Below, piece after piece: positions 25,368 to 40,300 of a stretch of 64,000 nt of DNA. The position numbers and the translations under genes were made by a program. The stretch comes from Schmidtea polychroa (taxonomy: Eukaryota), in the NCBI GenBank assembly GCA_044892525.1, contig CM097885.1:122574001-122638000 (forward strand), read 5' to 3'. Numbering within the stretch: the first letter of the stretch is position 1; every line of letters begins with the position of its first letter. Under the pieces are notes generated by a model. It ran no database searches and was not told where the DNA came from. It saw nothing but the letters and a program-made list of their open reading frames with translations.

Positions 25368-28300
25368 CTATATTTTGATATTTTACATTCAGTTTTCCCA
25401 TTTTCATAATTGCCAGCCGTACAATAACAGGTTTGGGAGTTTATTTTCGGTTTATTAAGTTCTTCGTAAATTACTTCAGATAATCGTCTCATTCTCATAA
25501 CATCAATCTAAATACGAAACAAATGCATCATATTGAATTTATAAAATAATAATATTTTTTTATAAATCAATTTATTAATAAATGCAAAGTATGATTACGA
25601 TCTTGTATATATTTTTATTTTGACATTTATAAAGATTTTTAATTTTAAAAAATTTAAGAAAATTATACTGCAATCATAAAATTTACCAATGGTTTTAATG
25701 ACCAAACATTTCCATCTTTTAATCTCGCTAGTGCTGAACATGCATCAGAAGGTGACTGGATATTTCTTTTCCAAGGGACCTTTGTTATTTTATCTTTTTC
25801 AAACATATAGACCATTTTATTTGCAATGCCCACAACATTTGAGTTACCACCAGTAAAGGTTTGAGCAGTTAAATATGAAATTGATATTCCAGCATTGTCC
25901 AGTAGGCCAGCTAGCAAAGAATAACCATATTTCTGATGTTCAGAACAGCTGCAATTAATAATAAGCTTGGAAAATGATAAAAACAAATTACGCAGAACAT
26001 GTTAGAAGAACAATTTTTTCAGTAAATCCTGGAACACTTGACATTTTTATAACGTCATAAATAGCTTGCCCCGGTTCAGGTATTTTTTTATTTGTCAATT
26101 TTGATGTCAATTGTTCAGAAGAAAATATTTCTTGAAACAATTTCATGATTTCTTCAGAGCTTACATACATTTTATTATTGATAGTTTTGAAATGAACCTC
26201 TTTATAAATATCTTTCCCGTTAAACGACAAAAGAGTAAAGATATTTTCCGATTCTATAAAAATTTTGTTATTTAGTAAAAAATAATTAAATATAAAAAGC
26301 AATGAAAATAAAATTGAAAAAAATTCTAACTCAAGGCCATCATCTTTGCTAGGCTTTCAATTAGGACTTTGTAAGGTGCGATACACTGAGATTGTTCAAT
26401 TATAAAGATATAATGGAATTTAGGATTCTTCCTAAGCTCATGGACAGATATTTTATTGTTGAGGTTTATTTTTCCACATTTGACTACAAAAATGAAAATA
26501 TAGAATTAAAGCTTTTATTTCAATACCGCAAGTTTTGTCTAATCTTATCAATATTCCTTTAGATTTGCAACGCATTACATAGTTTCTTGACAAGCTGCAC
26601 AATAATTCTTTAAATTCTGTTTTAGATTTTGGACCATATTGCAATGTACGATGACACAGATCAAAATATGGTTCTGGATTTATCAGAGAAAAGCATCGCT
26701 TGAGATATGATAAAGATTCCGGATGAAATGTATTCTCACACTCTTGAAGTTGGCTTGTACTGATCTTTATCTAATAATTATAATTATATGTTTTATAATA
26801 TTTCAATATCCTACTGCATGTAATCCAGTTTTAGTCTTTCCATCGCATTTGCCTAAACTCCACGATTTTGATAACACTCCAGCATCATGGGTTATTAAGC
26901 CAGTTGAAGTGGATAAATCATTACTTTTCTCAAAATCATTTGAACCGAGTAAACCCCGTATAGCTCCTTGCCAAAAGCCTGTTGCCATTACCTTCAAACT
27001 TTTAAATCCATTAAAGTATTTGATGACTATTCCTTCGGATGTTTTTATTTTCACTAGATCATCATTGCGATAAATGGCAAAATTTCTATGTTTTTCTTTG
27101 AAAACAGCAGGAAGAATATTTACAATTTTCCCGTCTACGGTTACCTTATTAAAATAAATTTATATAATTTTAAAATTTTCTAAAATCTTTACTCTTCCAT
27201 TGTCTTGGATAACAATTTTTTTGAAATATGATAATTCGTATTCAATTTTATTATTTTTTGAATCAACTTTCATAACTATACTAAAACTACTTTTTTTGAA
27301 ATCCCGAGCCAATAAATATGAGCACTCTCCTGATCCAATTTTTATTGCATTGTCATCAAAAGTTACAATGGAATTTCCATTCAATACCCACGCAGTTCCT
27401 TAAAAAAATATTACATTTATATTACAAAAACAGTATTAAAAAATTATAAGAATTTTTTTCAATTTTCACCACTGATTTATTTTCAGTTGACATTGTATTT
27501 ATTAAAAAGCTTGACTATGAATCAGTAAAGATATCGATGTTTTTTTTGATATTCACGAATTTTCGGCACTGCCTTTTCAAGTGATTTTTGAAATCAAGCT
27601 TTTTAATAAATACAAAATTTAGTAATATTATATTTTGTTCTCTAAGAAAATTATTTATAAAGATAAATCTAATTTAAAATAAAAATAAATATTTTCTATT
27701 GATATCACAGAATTGGTTGTAATCGAACAAGATATTTTTTGGTGCTAACTTTGTAAAAATGAAAAAAAACAGTATGTGTTGTTTTAATATGTAAATATTG
27801 GTAGAATTTAAATAAATTGTACCAATATTCAATACCAACTTAAATCAGGGAAATTATTTAAATTATTCATGATGAAAAGTTTAAGCAAAATCCCCCANNN
27901 NNNNNNNNNNNNNNNNNNNNNNNNNNNNNNNNNNNNNNNNNNNNNNNNNNNNNNNNNNNNNNNNNNNNNNNNNNNNNNNNNNNNNNNNNNNNNNNNNNNN
28001 NNNNNNNNNNNNNNNNNNNNNNNNNNNNNNNNNNNNNNNNTTTTAGATTTATTAGAATAAATAAATTTTTAATTATAAATTATTTAAGTAAGTTTCGAAG
28101 ATTTTGTTTTACAGAAAATTATTAAACTTACTTGAAAAGGGAGGTAAAAGTTTTCTCAGTGAATCAAAATTGAAGTATCCATAATTGAACATTATATATT
28201 CATACCGATAAAATAATTCGAGCAATTTATCACTTAGTCTTAATTTTGCCACTTTATAGAATGTCTTAATTATAAATTTCATAAATATAGCAAAATCTCA

Positions 28301-31300
28301 TAAATTTACTTGTGGTGGCAACCAATTAGTAAATGTTTTTAATATTTTAAAATAAGTCGTTGAAACAGGAGGGACGTACATTTTAAATTCAATTGAAGCT
28401 TCGTCAAGATTCATTTGTAATTTGGATTCTTCTAGTTTAATTAGGTTTAAAAATGCTTCTTTATATTTCATGGATCGGATAAATTCTATGGTTTTTATGA
28501 TATTTGTCACTGCATTTGATGTTTTAAAATATTCAAATATTTTACTTTTCTATAATAATAATGAGAGAAATTAATTTAAATAAATAAATAAATAAATAGA
28601 TTTAACAACTAATTATGATTAGAAATTATTGTTTGCATTATACCTAAAATAAAACTGTTTTTTAGATATTTTTATTCATTTAAACAAAATGTAATTTTAA
28701 TACAAGAATATTAATGTAAATGTTTTAAATGAAACTTTCAAAATAATAATCCTTTAAATAATAATTATAAACAACTAACGAATGATATGATAATATTGAT
28801 AATATCTTCTGAATCTTTAATTGCATTTTCATAATATTTTATTCTTTGTTTTATTATATCAGTTTGCATTATTTTTTCTAAAATATTTAGAATTTCAGTC
28901 TTTAAATCAGCCATTATTGAGCAAAGATTCATTATCAATGAATTGTTATATGCATTTTTCAAAGCATTTTTCAAACTGTTAGATAACAATAATGAATTTT
29001 TAGCTTTATCTAAATACATTTCCGGTAATTATTAGTCTTTAAATGGATAAAAAATATTTACCACTTATCATTTCCATTACATCGGCGATTTTACTTACTA
29101 CAACTTTATAAACTTCAAATGCTTTTTTACCGAAATTTACAATTGTCTGAATTCTGCTTTTTATATGGTCATAGGTAATTGAATTCAATTTGTTCTTAAA
29201 ATAGAATTGTTTTAAATTAATAAAAAAGACTTAATTTACCTTAATTGGTTCATATAAAATCGAGTAGAGTTTAGCTTCTATGAACCACTGATACAAAGTG
29301 CTTGAAAGAACAGTTTTCAGTTCATAGCAAGAGTTTTGAAAGCGAATTAAACTTAATGAAAAATCTAAATTTGCTAAACTGTTTGCCAATTGTTTTAATG
29401 CTGTCTTTATGTAATAATTATCATTTTCATAACTTAAACTAATAGTCTTCGGAATCGCTTCCAAATCATTTACTATACTTTTTGCAAAATTAAGACTAAC
29501 AGGAACGTTAACATTTTTTATAATATCCATTTTTACAGATGATAAGTATTTTGAAAGTTGATTTTCACTATTTTGATAGGTTTGCGTCATAAGATTTTGA
29601 ACGTTTTTCGGACTCAAAATCAAATCTATTAGTTTCTAAAAATAATTTTCATTTTTAAAAATATCAAATAAAGTCTTTTAATATCTGAAAATAAATTTTA
29701 AAAATTAATAAATAATTTAATATAATTTTTAGAGTTCAATAAAAAAATCAAACTTTAGATTATATTTTAATTTATTAAGGCATAATTTCTAAATAATATA
29801 TAAACCTAATTTAATTTAAATAAATTTTAAAATTTAATATTTTCTAACAAAAGACTAATTTATTTATTATTTGCAATAGTAATTACTTTTATAATTTAAA
29901 CAAAAATTTATTTTTATCAAAATTTTAGTTTCTATAATATAACTAGAAGTTGTTATAAATTTTTCTTTAAATTTTTAAAAAATTAAAAAGTTTTTAATTT
30001 TAATTTTAATTATTATTTCATTTTAATTATTTAATTGTAAAAAATTTACTTTTATTCTTTCAAGTAATGCAGGATTCCAGTAAAGTTTGGAATTTAGAAC
30101 GTTACGATCATCAATATTGAATTTCAAAGAAGCATCTAGTATTTTTTTATCAGATGTCTTTCGATATAGTTCTCCAATAATAAAGTTTCCAACGGGTCTT
30201 ACGTGAATAACTATTTCTAAATATTTTTTTATCACCAGAATAATATTATCACTTGAATGTTTACTTTCATCTTTGTTGTTCAGCTCAAAGTAATATTTTA
30301 TAGGACTTCTGGAAAAGGTGGAGAATGCTGAAATATCTAAACCGTTTTTACCTAATTTTAATGCATAGTCACTTCTATATCCATATTGGTACATAACCCG
30401 ATTCATTAATATATTGAAATCTTTTCTATTCTAAATTTATAAATAAATGAATGTGATTTAAACAAAAAATAACTGAACTGTTAAGTGGAACTTTCTCAAT
30501 GGAATATATTGGAATAGAAATTCTTTAGTCGGCAAATCACTTTGGATCAGTTTGTATTCTAATAATATATTTATTATCTAAAGTTTTTATTAAAAATAAA
30601 TTTTCTCTACCTAAAGATATTTCTTCTGAAGCAAATATTGTCGTTATTGTAAGAGTTGCAAACTTCTCATAATTCGTGCTGTGGAGTTTTATTTCATAGC
30701 TTCTTGTAGAGAGTTGTCTTAGATAGCTTTTCATTGTAAAAAATGCAGTTTTTTCATTGACAAATGAAGCATTGACCTCTAAGGCATACAAATCACCAAT
30801 ATCGAGGCTTACATCTCTTTTAACAACTACTTTGACTTCCTATTAAAATCAAAAAAATTTCTAATAATAATATTATTTATAACTCACTTTATGCATTAGT
30901 GACGTATTAAGCTTTACCTCCAATTTATAATCTGACTTCAACGATCCTTTCATAGCATAATTTACATTGATAAAATTGTTTTTATCAGATGATTTTCCAA
31001 TACTTTCAACATCCAAATATAATTTTCCGACATTTGCATCGTGTTGTATTACTTGAGAACGCATTAAACGAATTTTGTTTATGGGATTTTCAAATAAAAT
31101 AATTTTTTCATCATTCATATTCTTTATTGTCAATATCAAACTATGGCGTTTTGATTTGTGCCATGTCAACTCATATCTCCTTTCATTTTTCTCCAAATTC
31201 ATACCAACCACGATTTCTCGAGCACTATTTTTATGGGTTACGTAACAGTTAAAGGTGGGCTTTAATTGACACTTTGATAAGCAACTCCATAATTCCGTTT

Positions 31301-34300
31301 TGTAAGCTCCGTCTTTTACGATAATTGAATGGGAGAATTTATAATTCGTTACATCTAAACTTATTTCACCTTTAACATTTTTGTTTCCCTTATAATCTAA
31401 TTTTATACTATGGGGATTGTTTTTATTTGCAACGTATATCTTTAAATTTAAATCGGATAATTGTTTTTTGTTTAATCGTATTGATATAATGAATTCGTAA
31501 GATTTTGGAGAATCTTTATATAAATAATTAAATTTCAAATTGAAGTTTTTCATTTGTTCAAACGGAGAACTACCTTTCAATTCCAAGCCCCATTTTGCCT
31601 TCTCATTTTCAATAATTATATTTACTTTTAATGGTTGAGGCCAATTATAGTTTAAAACAACTTCATATTCCATAGACTTTTTTCTAGCAATTCTAATTTC
31701 GTAGTTTTTAGAAATTTCAATATAATATTCTTTACCGACTGGAAAGTAGTTTTCACTTTTATCTATTGATAATAAGTTTCCCAGGTTTGTGCTCATCGTA
31801 TAATTGTTTTTGAGATATGCTAGGCTCAAGTCTAAGTCACCTTTAGGTCTTGTGACTTTCAATCCTAATCCAAGTAAGATTTCTTTTGTAGGCAACTCAA
31901 ATTTTGAATTCAATTGAATGAGTTTAGCATTATAAATAGCTAAGATATTTGATTTGTATTCATTTTTAATATTCGAAGATGACTTGGCCATCATGTCACT
32001 ATAGCTAATAAATTTTATTAAATGGGAAACATCAAATATGAGCTCTTTATCAATTGTTAAAAAGCCGGAATCCTCCCATTCGTACATTGGAAGGTTTCCA
32101 TCTAAAGAAATCAAATTTTTACAACTCATTGAACGAGACGATTCGATTGTAGTCTCAGAACTATAAAAGCTTTTTGTGCCTCCAGGAAATTGTTCGCTAT
32201 TCATGTGATAAATTTCTGTGGTTCTTTTAAATTTTGTGTTGAATATTTTCCCATTTATTTGATATTTAAAATAAATTCCTTTCTTAAATTTAAACAAAGA
32301 TAGAACAGCATCACTGATTGTTTTAACACCCGATGGATATTTAACATTTATATTTAAATTTGCCTTCATAATATTTTGATCTTTATAAACGAATTCGATG
32401 GTACCTGATTTCTTTTCTCCCGATTCCGACTTTAAATTGACATCAAATTTCAAAACTTTATCAACAGAAATTTTCAAAATTAAATTGTCATTGAAATCAT
32501 AAGACAAAACGATCATTTTTGGGTCTGTATTTTTTGAAACGGCTTCAATTTCAAGACTCTGTTTATAGAGTCCTGAGGGTTTGTATGTAAATTTATACTG
32601 CAGTTCTTTATATTTGGCAATTCCTTTATAACTACTATCCGATTCTTTTTTAATTTCTATATTGAATAAAACCTCATTTAATTTCAGAGAGATTTTTGGA
32701 CAGTTTGCTTGAAAATTGAAAACTCCTTTAGCAAAGTTTTTGTCAACAAAACCAATCGCTTTCAGCGAATTATCTTGATATTTCATGTCCATTTTAGAAA
32801 ACCAATTTGCTTCACCAAAAGTTTCAAACTTCTTAGGTCTTTCACTATCTACCTTTCGAAAGTAAATGAATTCAAATTGCATTTCATCATAAACGGGTTT
32901 CAAATGTAATTTATATTTCAGACTCATATCTCTGATGGAATTAAAATTATACTTGACGTCGAATTTTATTTGTGAAAGTTTCGAATATTTGATGTAGTAG
33001 CCCAGTTGACTGTCGATTTGTATTTCTCCCGACGGTAAGTCGACTTTATATAATTGAATCGTCTTTCCTTTGTATTTTGAATGCAAATTTAATTTGTAAG
33101 ATTGGAAAAACTTACCAGTTTCAAAGTAGCTATTCATTGCAACAGAAAGATCATTGAAAACTTCATTGCTCGACTGTAAATTCATTGCAAAATCGACAGA
33201 GTTTTTCCCATTTTCAAAAATCCAAGAGACTTTTGTGTTTGAAATCTTTAAAAACTTTTCCTTGAATCCGAATTCCGAATTGATTGTGTATGTATTTTTA
33301 GAAATTCTTGAAATAATTAAAGAGATTTTAAGAGGAACAACAAAGAAAGATTCTCCGAGAATTTGGAATTCATTGGACTTGTTGTCAATTGAAAATTTGA
33401 TGTTGACTTTTTTAGAATTTTTGTAAATTAAACTAAAGTTGATTTGGGAATTTACGTTTTTAGACACTAAAATTCCGAACACATATGATCCGGAATTTAA
33501 ATAAGGAATATTTGACACCCATTTGACATTGCTCACCCAATCCAATCCATTATTCAAGTCTAATTTTCGCACTTGAGTAATTTCAATGTTGTAGGATTTT
33601 GTTGATTTCAAATAAAAGCTACTCCTTCCTTGGTAAGTGTTACCGATTCCTTTCAGTTCAGAGGAAATGGTTAGTTCTTTTAACAAATCATTGGAAGACT
33701 TGATTGATAACATAAATGATGTGTTTGGAATGTCTTTGATATTGACAATCATACTCATTGTTAGATATTTATCATTATATTTTAGATTAAACCCCGATTC
33801 CAAATATTTCGCATCTAATTTTATTTTGGAATTAAGTTCGAATAATTTATTTAACGAAGAGTCTTTTACAATTACAGCTTGCATATCAAAGACAGTCTTT
33901 TGATCACTAAGGTCGTAATTTCCCTTTAATTTTAACTCGTAATACTTAGCAGTTCTTTCATTTTCAAACTGCCATTTAGTAAGAGCATTGGAAGTTATTG
34001 TTCCCTTATTACTGGAGGCTGAATTCAATTTAAAGTTAAATCCCAAAATTACCTTTGATAATTTCACCATGGATAATAGTGGATGGCTTATATCAAAATT
34101 GATATCGAAGTCTCTAATTCCGGTACCATAATATTTTATAGATCCTTGGAATGGGATTAAATTAGTCTTTGAATCTTTGCCATATTTACCATTCCATGTA
34201 AGAGATAAAGTATTTTGCAATTTTAATAGCATCTCAATGTTGTTCTTATAATAGAAATTATAGTTTTTATTTTTCTTCATATCCAGTGACATCAAAAATG

Positions 34301-37300
34301 AACTAGTAAATCTTTTCCCATTTTCACTGCTCGATTTCCACAGAACTTCATAATTAATAAATTTCTCAGAGTCTATTGAAAATCCGTAAAGAGTTTTGCT
34401 ATTCTTTTTATTTCTTTTAATGGTATATTTATCCATTGCTGTTCCTCTATAAATAATTGTTTTAATTTGATTGAATGCTTCCTCTGCTTTAACTTCTTCA
34501 GCAATAATTTCATATCCGAAAGTCTCTTTGTTTTTATTTGTATAAATAATTTTACTTTCAATTGCTTTATCATTAATATTTATTTCCCCATCCAATATAA
34601 TATTAGCATATTGTTTCATTTCTACAGTAAAGTCAATTTGCTTTCGAGGGATTTGCATTTCAATTTTCGAAGCAAAATCAAATTTGATTTTATTTAATGC
34701 AAAATAAGAATTTAATTGCATTCCTAAATTGACGGAATACAATTTGGCTTCGGGAGTCTTTCCAATACTTTTGAATGAGTAAAGAACCTTTTCATAATCT
34801 AATTCTGCTGTATTTGTTATTGTCGCTAATAATTTTCCGTTCATTTTTAGATCGTGAGTTATTACAGAATTAAACGGAGTGATACTTTTCGTATCGACTT
34901 TGGAGTTAATGGTAAAAGAATTCTCCAGCCAGGACACCGTTAGGGCATGACTTTTCGGTAGATTTAGTTCACTGTTGATTTTAAAAATAGTTTTTTTGTA
35001 AACAATTTCTAAAGATGAAATCCCGTTTTGGGTGGTGGTAAATTTATGCTTTAGTAAAAACTTCAGTAAATCACTTTCCGTTAATTCAACTTCTATATCA
35101 TACATATCCAAACTGTTCTTTTTCCAAGTAGCTTTCGAATTTAAGTTGTGAGAAATTTTCTATAAATTAATGTTTATAATTTTAATTATAAGAAATTATA
35201 ATTAAAAATAAAAATAATCTATTTAGTGCTACTAAATTTTAATTATTTAATTTTAATTAAATAAATATTATGTAGGATTCAATTTGAAATGTTAGATTTA
35301 AAAATAAATTTTATTGACAGATTATATAATAATTTCTAAGCTTCCTGAAACGAATATTTTCATTTTAAATTATGAAAATTTAAACATAAAATGGCAACGA
35401 AATTTGAAAATATTTTCGGTTAATCATAAATTAAAACAATTTTTTAAAAAATAGTAAATTATCATTCACCTCAGATTTCATTGAATTTATATATTTTACA
35501 TATATTTATGATATTAATTAAGCCAATTTCTAACGATAATATTAAAAATTACTTTTAACAATATGGGCATAATGATTCAGTAGTAATTTATATACTAATA
35601 TGTCAATTTTACTTTAATATTATTTTATAAAATTCGACTTTTCTCTATCGAATAATGCAAAATTTGTCTAATTTGGTAAAATAATTCTTTTAAAACTTCA
35701 TTTGTAAATTTTTTTATTATTTAGATTTACATGTTTTATTTTCATAATTTATTTATTTTAACTATATATTTAACTATATAAATTAATTTTAATTGTTTAC
35801 AGTCATACCCCGGATAACGTTGCCCCGAATAAAGTTGTTTCGCTGTAACGTCGGTCCACCATGGTGAAAAAGGATCTTTTAAATCTTTTAAATCTATTTA
35901 ATTGCGAATTTTTTTCTTAATTATAATTGCTTCGTATAACGTTGTTTCGGTTAACATCGCGTTTTTCTGGAACCATTTAACAACGTTAACCGGGGTATAC
36001 CTGTATATGCTAAATTACATTTAAATGCGACTTTATGTAATAAAATTAATATAAGTAATTTGCAAACTAAATAAGTTGTCTTTTATTTTCGGTTTATTCT
36101 TTACAAACATTGTTTATAATTGAATCTATGATTGTTTAAATAATTTTATTTTGTTTTAAATGTCAAGAATGTTTTTTATTTGAAATTGAATATAAAATTC
36201 GATAAATACTTCCGAATTGTGTCACTATTAAAAAGTCAGATTTAATCTATTTCGATATTACTTAATTAGTATAGTTTTAAACATATAAAATTATACTAAA
36301 ATCATACATGGAGATATGGTATAAGTGTGCTATTTGAAGATAAATAATTTTATTATAAATAAATAAGTTTTTTTATTAATGAGTTTTGAAAGCTCACATA
36401 ATTAGATTTGCTTGTCACATAATTTTTTTATTTGTTTAATATTTAAAATATGAAATTATATATTTATCGAAAATATTGGTTTCTTGGTAGCAGTATAAAT
36501 GTGTTTACCCCAATAAAGGCACAGCAAAACGACGCGAACAATAAAAGCGCAGATATAAAAAGGAAATATCTCCAGCTAGTTCTATATATCTTTTTTAATC
36601 ACTAGAATCTAGTTATAAATACTTAATTCATAATTCGATATAAATTTATCTACACACTTATTGTCCTCGTCTTTATTGGTGGATATTGTATAAATGAAAA
36701 GATAAGCCAATAAATGAAGAAATAAACTTTTTCTGTAAAATATTTATTTAGTGAAAACTTTCGATTATAAATTTATTTGTTTTAATCCATTTTATAATAA
36801 TAAATTTTCACATAAAAATATTTTGCACCAAAGTCTTATCATATCATTTATTTATTTAATATATGATATTTGAATATCATTTTTTATCATTAAGGTTAAT
36901 TATGATGATAAAGTTGTTTTAATTAAATGTTTAATTTAACAAAAAAAGTAAAAAAATTTAAATTACCCAATTTTGACTGTTAATGATATTACGAAACACA
37001 ATTCTTCCATTTTTAGGATTTAAATCTGCAAATAATTTTGTGTTTACTTGACGGACATATGTTTTCTTTAATTTATCAAATGTTTCTAGCTTAAAATTCA
37101 TTAATAAAGGCTTAGTTTCGAAACTCAAAAATTTGTTTGAAATGAAAAAATTAATATCATGATTCACATTAAATCTAGACAAAAAATGTAATAAAATACA
37201 AATAAAACTTATGATACTTTTTTTGTCCAACTTCGAATAACTGTTCCCTAAATATTGAAATTATAAGTGATTTTAGATAAAGAAAACTTACAATAAAATT

Positions 37301-40300
37301 GTGTAATTTGTTCCTTGTATGGGCAATTCACTTTTGTCCATTACTGAATACTTTGACCAAAAGTATTTCTGTTTAATATTAAAGTTGTATTTTGATTGCG
37401 TTTTCCAGAATGTTTCAAAAGAAGCCTTATTTTCTTTTAAAGGATTGTTCCCTTTGTCATTTATTAATGCTAGTAAAAATTCATTTTGTCCCGAAAGTTT
37501 TAAAGTTGTAGAATGTCTAAATCTTTCAAAGTAATTGAATACTTTATGATTAGTTAAAGTCATTGACGTTGAAGCTATTAAAAACTTTAAAAACGATTAT
37601 GAAAATTAAATAACTTGTACATATTAAACTAAATTCTTTATCATTCTTTTTTTCAGCCTTTATAGAAATTTGTAAACCTTTATCAAATATCTGACTGTAA
37701 GTAACACTGAATTCATCCTTTTCCATTTTAATTTTCACATTAATGTTACGTGTACCGATTCCTTTTGTTTCAATGGATCCACTTAGAACTGCTTCTATCT
37801 TTCCATATTTTACTTTTCCAGTTACTTTTTTTTCCTCAACGTCTACTATAATAATTAATTAATTAAAACCATTAAAACAATAATTTTAACTTACACTTAG
37901 CATAAATGTCTTTATTGAATAGAGATATTTCGTACTTTGAAGTTTTCTTTTCAATATCTCTTTGAAATTGGAACTTAAAAGTGTCTTTTTCCTCTCCTTT
38001 AAAAGATATTGATGCAATAAAATTAATTAATTTTTTGATTGGTTTTAAAATGTTTTGTTTCATAAATTGAAATTTAAATCCACTGAATTTTTTTAAGTTC
38101 AATTCAGCTTTTATATTTGGTAGGAATGATTCATATTTAGGTGCTATAGTAACAAAAGCACAAAGTTTAAGACCTCGTAACTCTAGGAAGGCGTCTGAAG
38201 TGCATTTTTGTAATATAGAAGAATATTTAGGTTTCGTTTCTTCCGTTTTCAAATTATGGATCAAACTCATTTCATTCCTAAATAATATTTAATTTATGAT
38301 ATGATTTTTAATTATATATCATACGAAATTGCTAGGAGTTTTTTATCATCAGGGATTTTATTAATTTCAAATTGATAATCTGTTAAAATGGTTCCATCAC
38401 CTTTCTTAAGCCCACTAATTGTTTTTAGTTTGCCTCCAAATTCTGCATCTGACGACACCATGCCATGTGATTGAATACCTACCTTTGTGCAATGAGCATT
38501 TATTTGTAATTTCCCGATCACTTGTAATGCAACGCTAAAATAAAAAAATTATAAATAATTTTAAAACAATGTAATACAGTACATATAAAATAAATATATA
38601 AAAANNNNNNNNNNNNNNNNNNNNNNNNNNNNNNNNNNNNNNNNNNNNNNNNNNNNNNNNNNNNNNNNNNNNNNNNNNNNNNNNNNNNNNNNNNNNNNNN
38701 NNNNNNNNNNNNNNNNNNNNNNNNNNNNNNNNNTTAATTTTAACAAATTATAATTAAATTTAATAAACTTAGTAAACAGGCCGTTTTTGTTTTCTTTAGT
38801 TCCTATTACCATAGACTAATGTAACTGAAGTTCTATTTAAAAAGTCACTACCGATATCATTGGTTGACAAAAGTTCATTATTTTTCTATGAAAGATATAA
38901 TAAATTTTGACTAGCATCTAGACATATTTATACAAACCAAAAACATTTCTTAATGTCTTTTGTATATATTTTCTAATATTAGTAGTTTACTGACACATTT
39001 TTAGTAAATTATTTTCTATTGACTTAAAATTTTTTTATTATTGGTATATATATATATATTTCATATTAACGAAAAGAGAATCGCCATTTTCGAAAAAGAA
39101 TAAAGCAAGTGCTTATTGATATTTGAATATTTCTTTCAAATTAGTATCATAAAGGGATTAATATCTCAATTAATATATCAATTTTATATCTGACCTAGAA
39201 ATTTAACCTTAAGAAGACCTTAAATTACCTTCGGTTCCATTAACATGGAAACGGGTGACTTAAAGTGAATAATTTTTCAAAATTGATAATAGAAATTGTT
39301 TAGATGGAATTACTAAATTGTTGATATTCATTCTACGGAGTATACAGCAAACTTGTCATATGCACTGGGCACCTTGACCAAGAGTTACTGTCATAGGAAT
39401 TTATTTATCTTTAAATTGGTATAATATTTCACCCATTTTTTCATTTTGGAGTATTCCGATGTACATTTCGACATCAATTTACAATATTATAATATTTTTA
39501 CTTTGTTCAATGTTTTAAAATTAAAACAAAATAATACAAATAATAAAAATGTCATAGATAATGTATTACAAATAACTACGATTGAAATTATTCAATTAAT
39601 ATTTATTTCAATTAAAATATGAAAATTTAAACTGTAAAATTTGCGAGGCAGTAAATGACATATGTGAGACGGAATTATATAAATATAACATTAATTATTT
39701 CCGTAAATTAAATTCGAAAAATAATTTATTTCTATTTATTGCAATTATTAACAAAACAATGCCCACCTCAATGAAACAAATTTACATGGTCATAGTTAAA
39801 AATAAAATAAATATGTAATATGAATATATTTGATAGTTGATATTTGATTATAAATGGTGGACAAACTTTTCAAGTCGAGACCCAACAACTTATTTTTTTG
39901 CAATTTAAAGTGGTACTGAAAACATTTATTTAAATTCTTTTTGAAAAAGTTTATAAGCATTAAATGACAGAAAGCGTAAAAATAAAATCTTATTCCTCTT
40001 TATGCAAATTTGGAAATTAATGTTATGTATGGTCTTGGAATTCTAAACCGAATCGTAGCTAAATAGTTGAGAGACAAACTTCTGATCAATGTCAATTAAC
40101 TTTGCATGTTTCTTTGATTAAAATGATCATTAAAGATGAGGATTTTTTTTTTAACTTACCATGTAAGAATTTTTATCACAAGTAATTTTTAAAACGGGGT
40201 ATTTTGGCAATTTAAAAATTTTTTCCAATACACACCATTTGCCCACTATTGTTTTAAGTTATCATTTTTTAAATAGATTTGATTTTCCAGAGGTTAAAGA

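Noticed and set aside
32709-34697. Short + strand ORFs opposite the giant LLTP exon
   Set aside because: Typical antisense shadows of a long coding exon, with no motifs.
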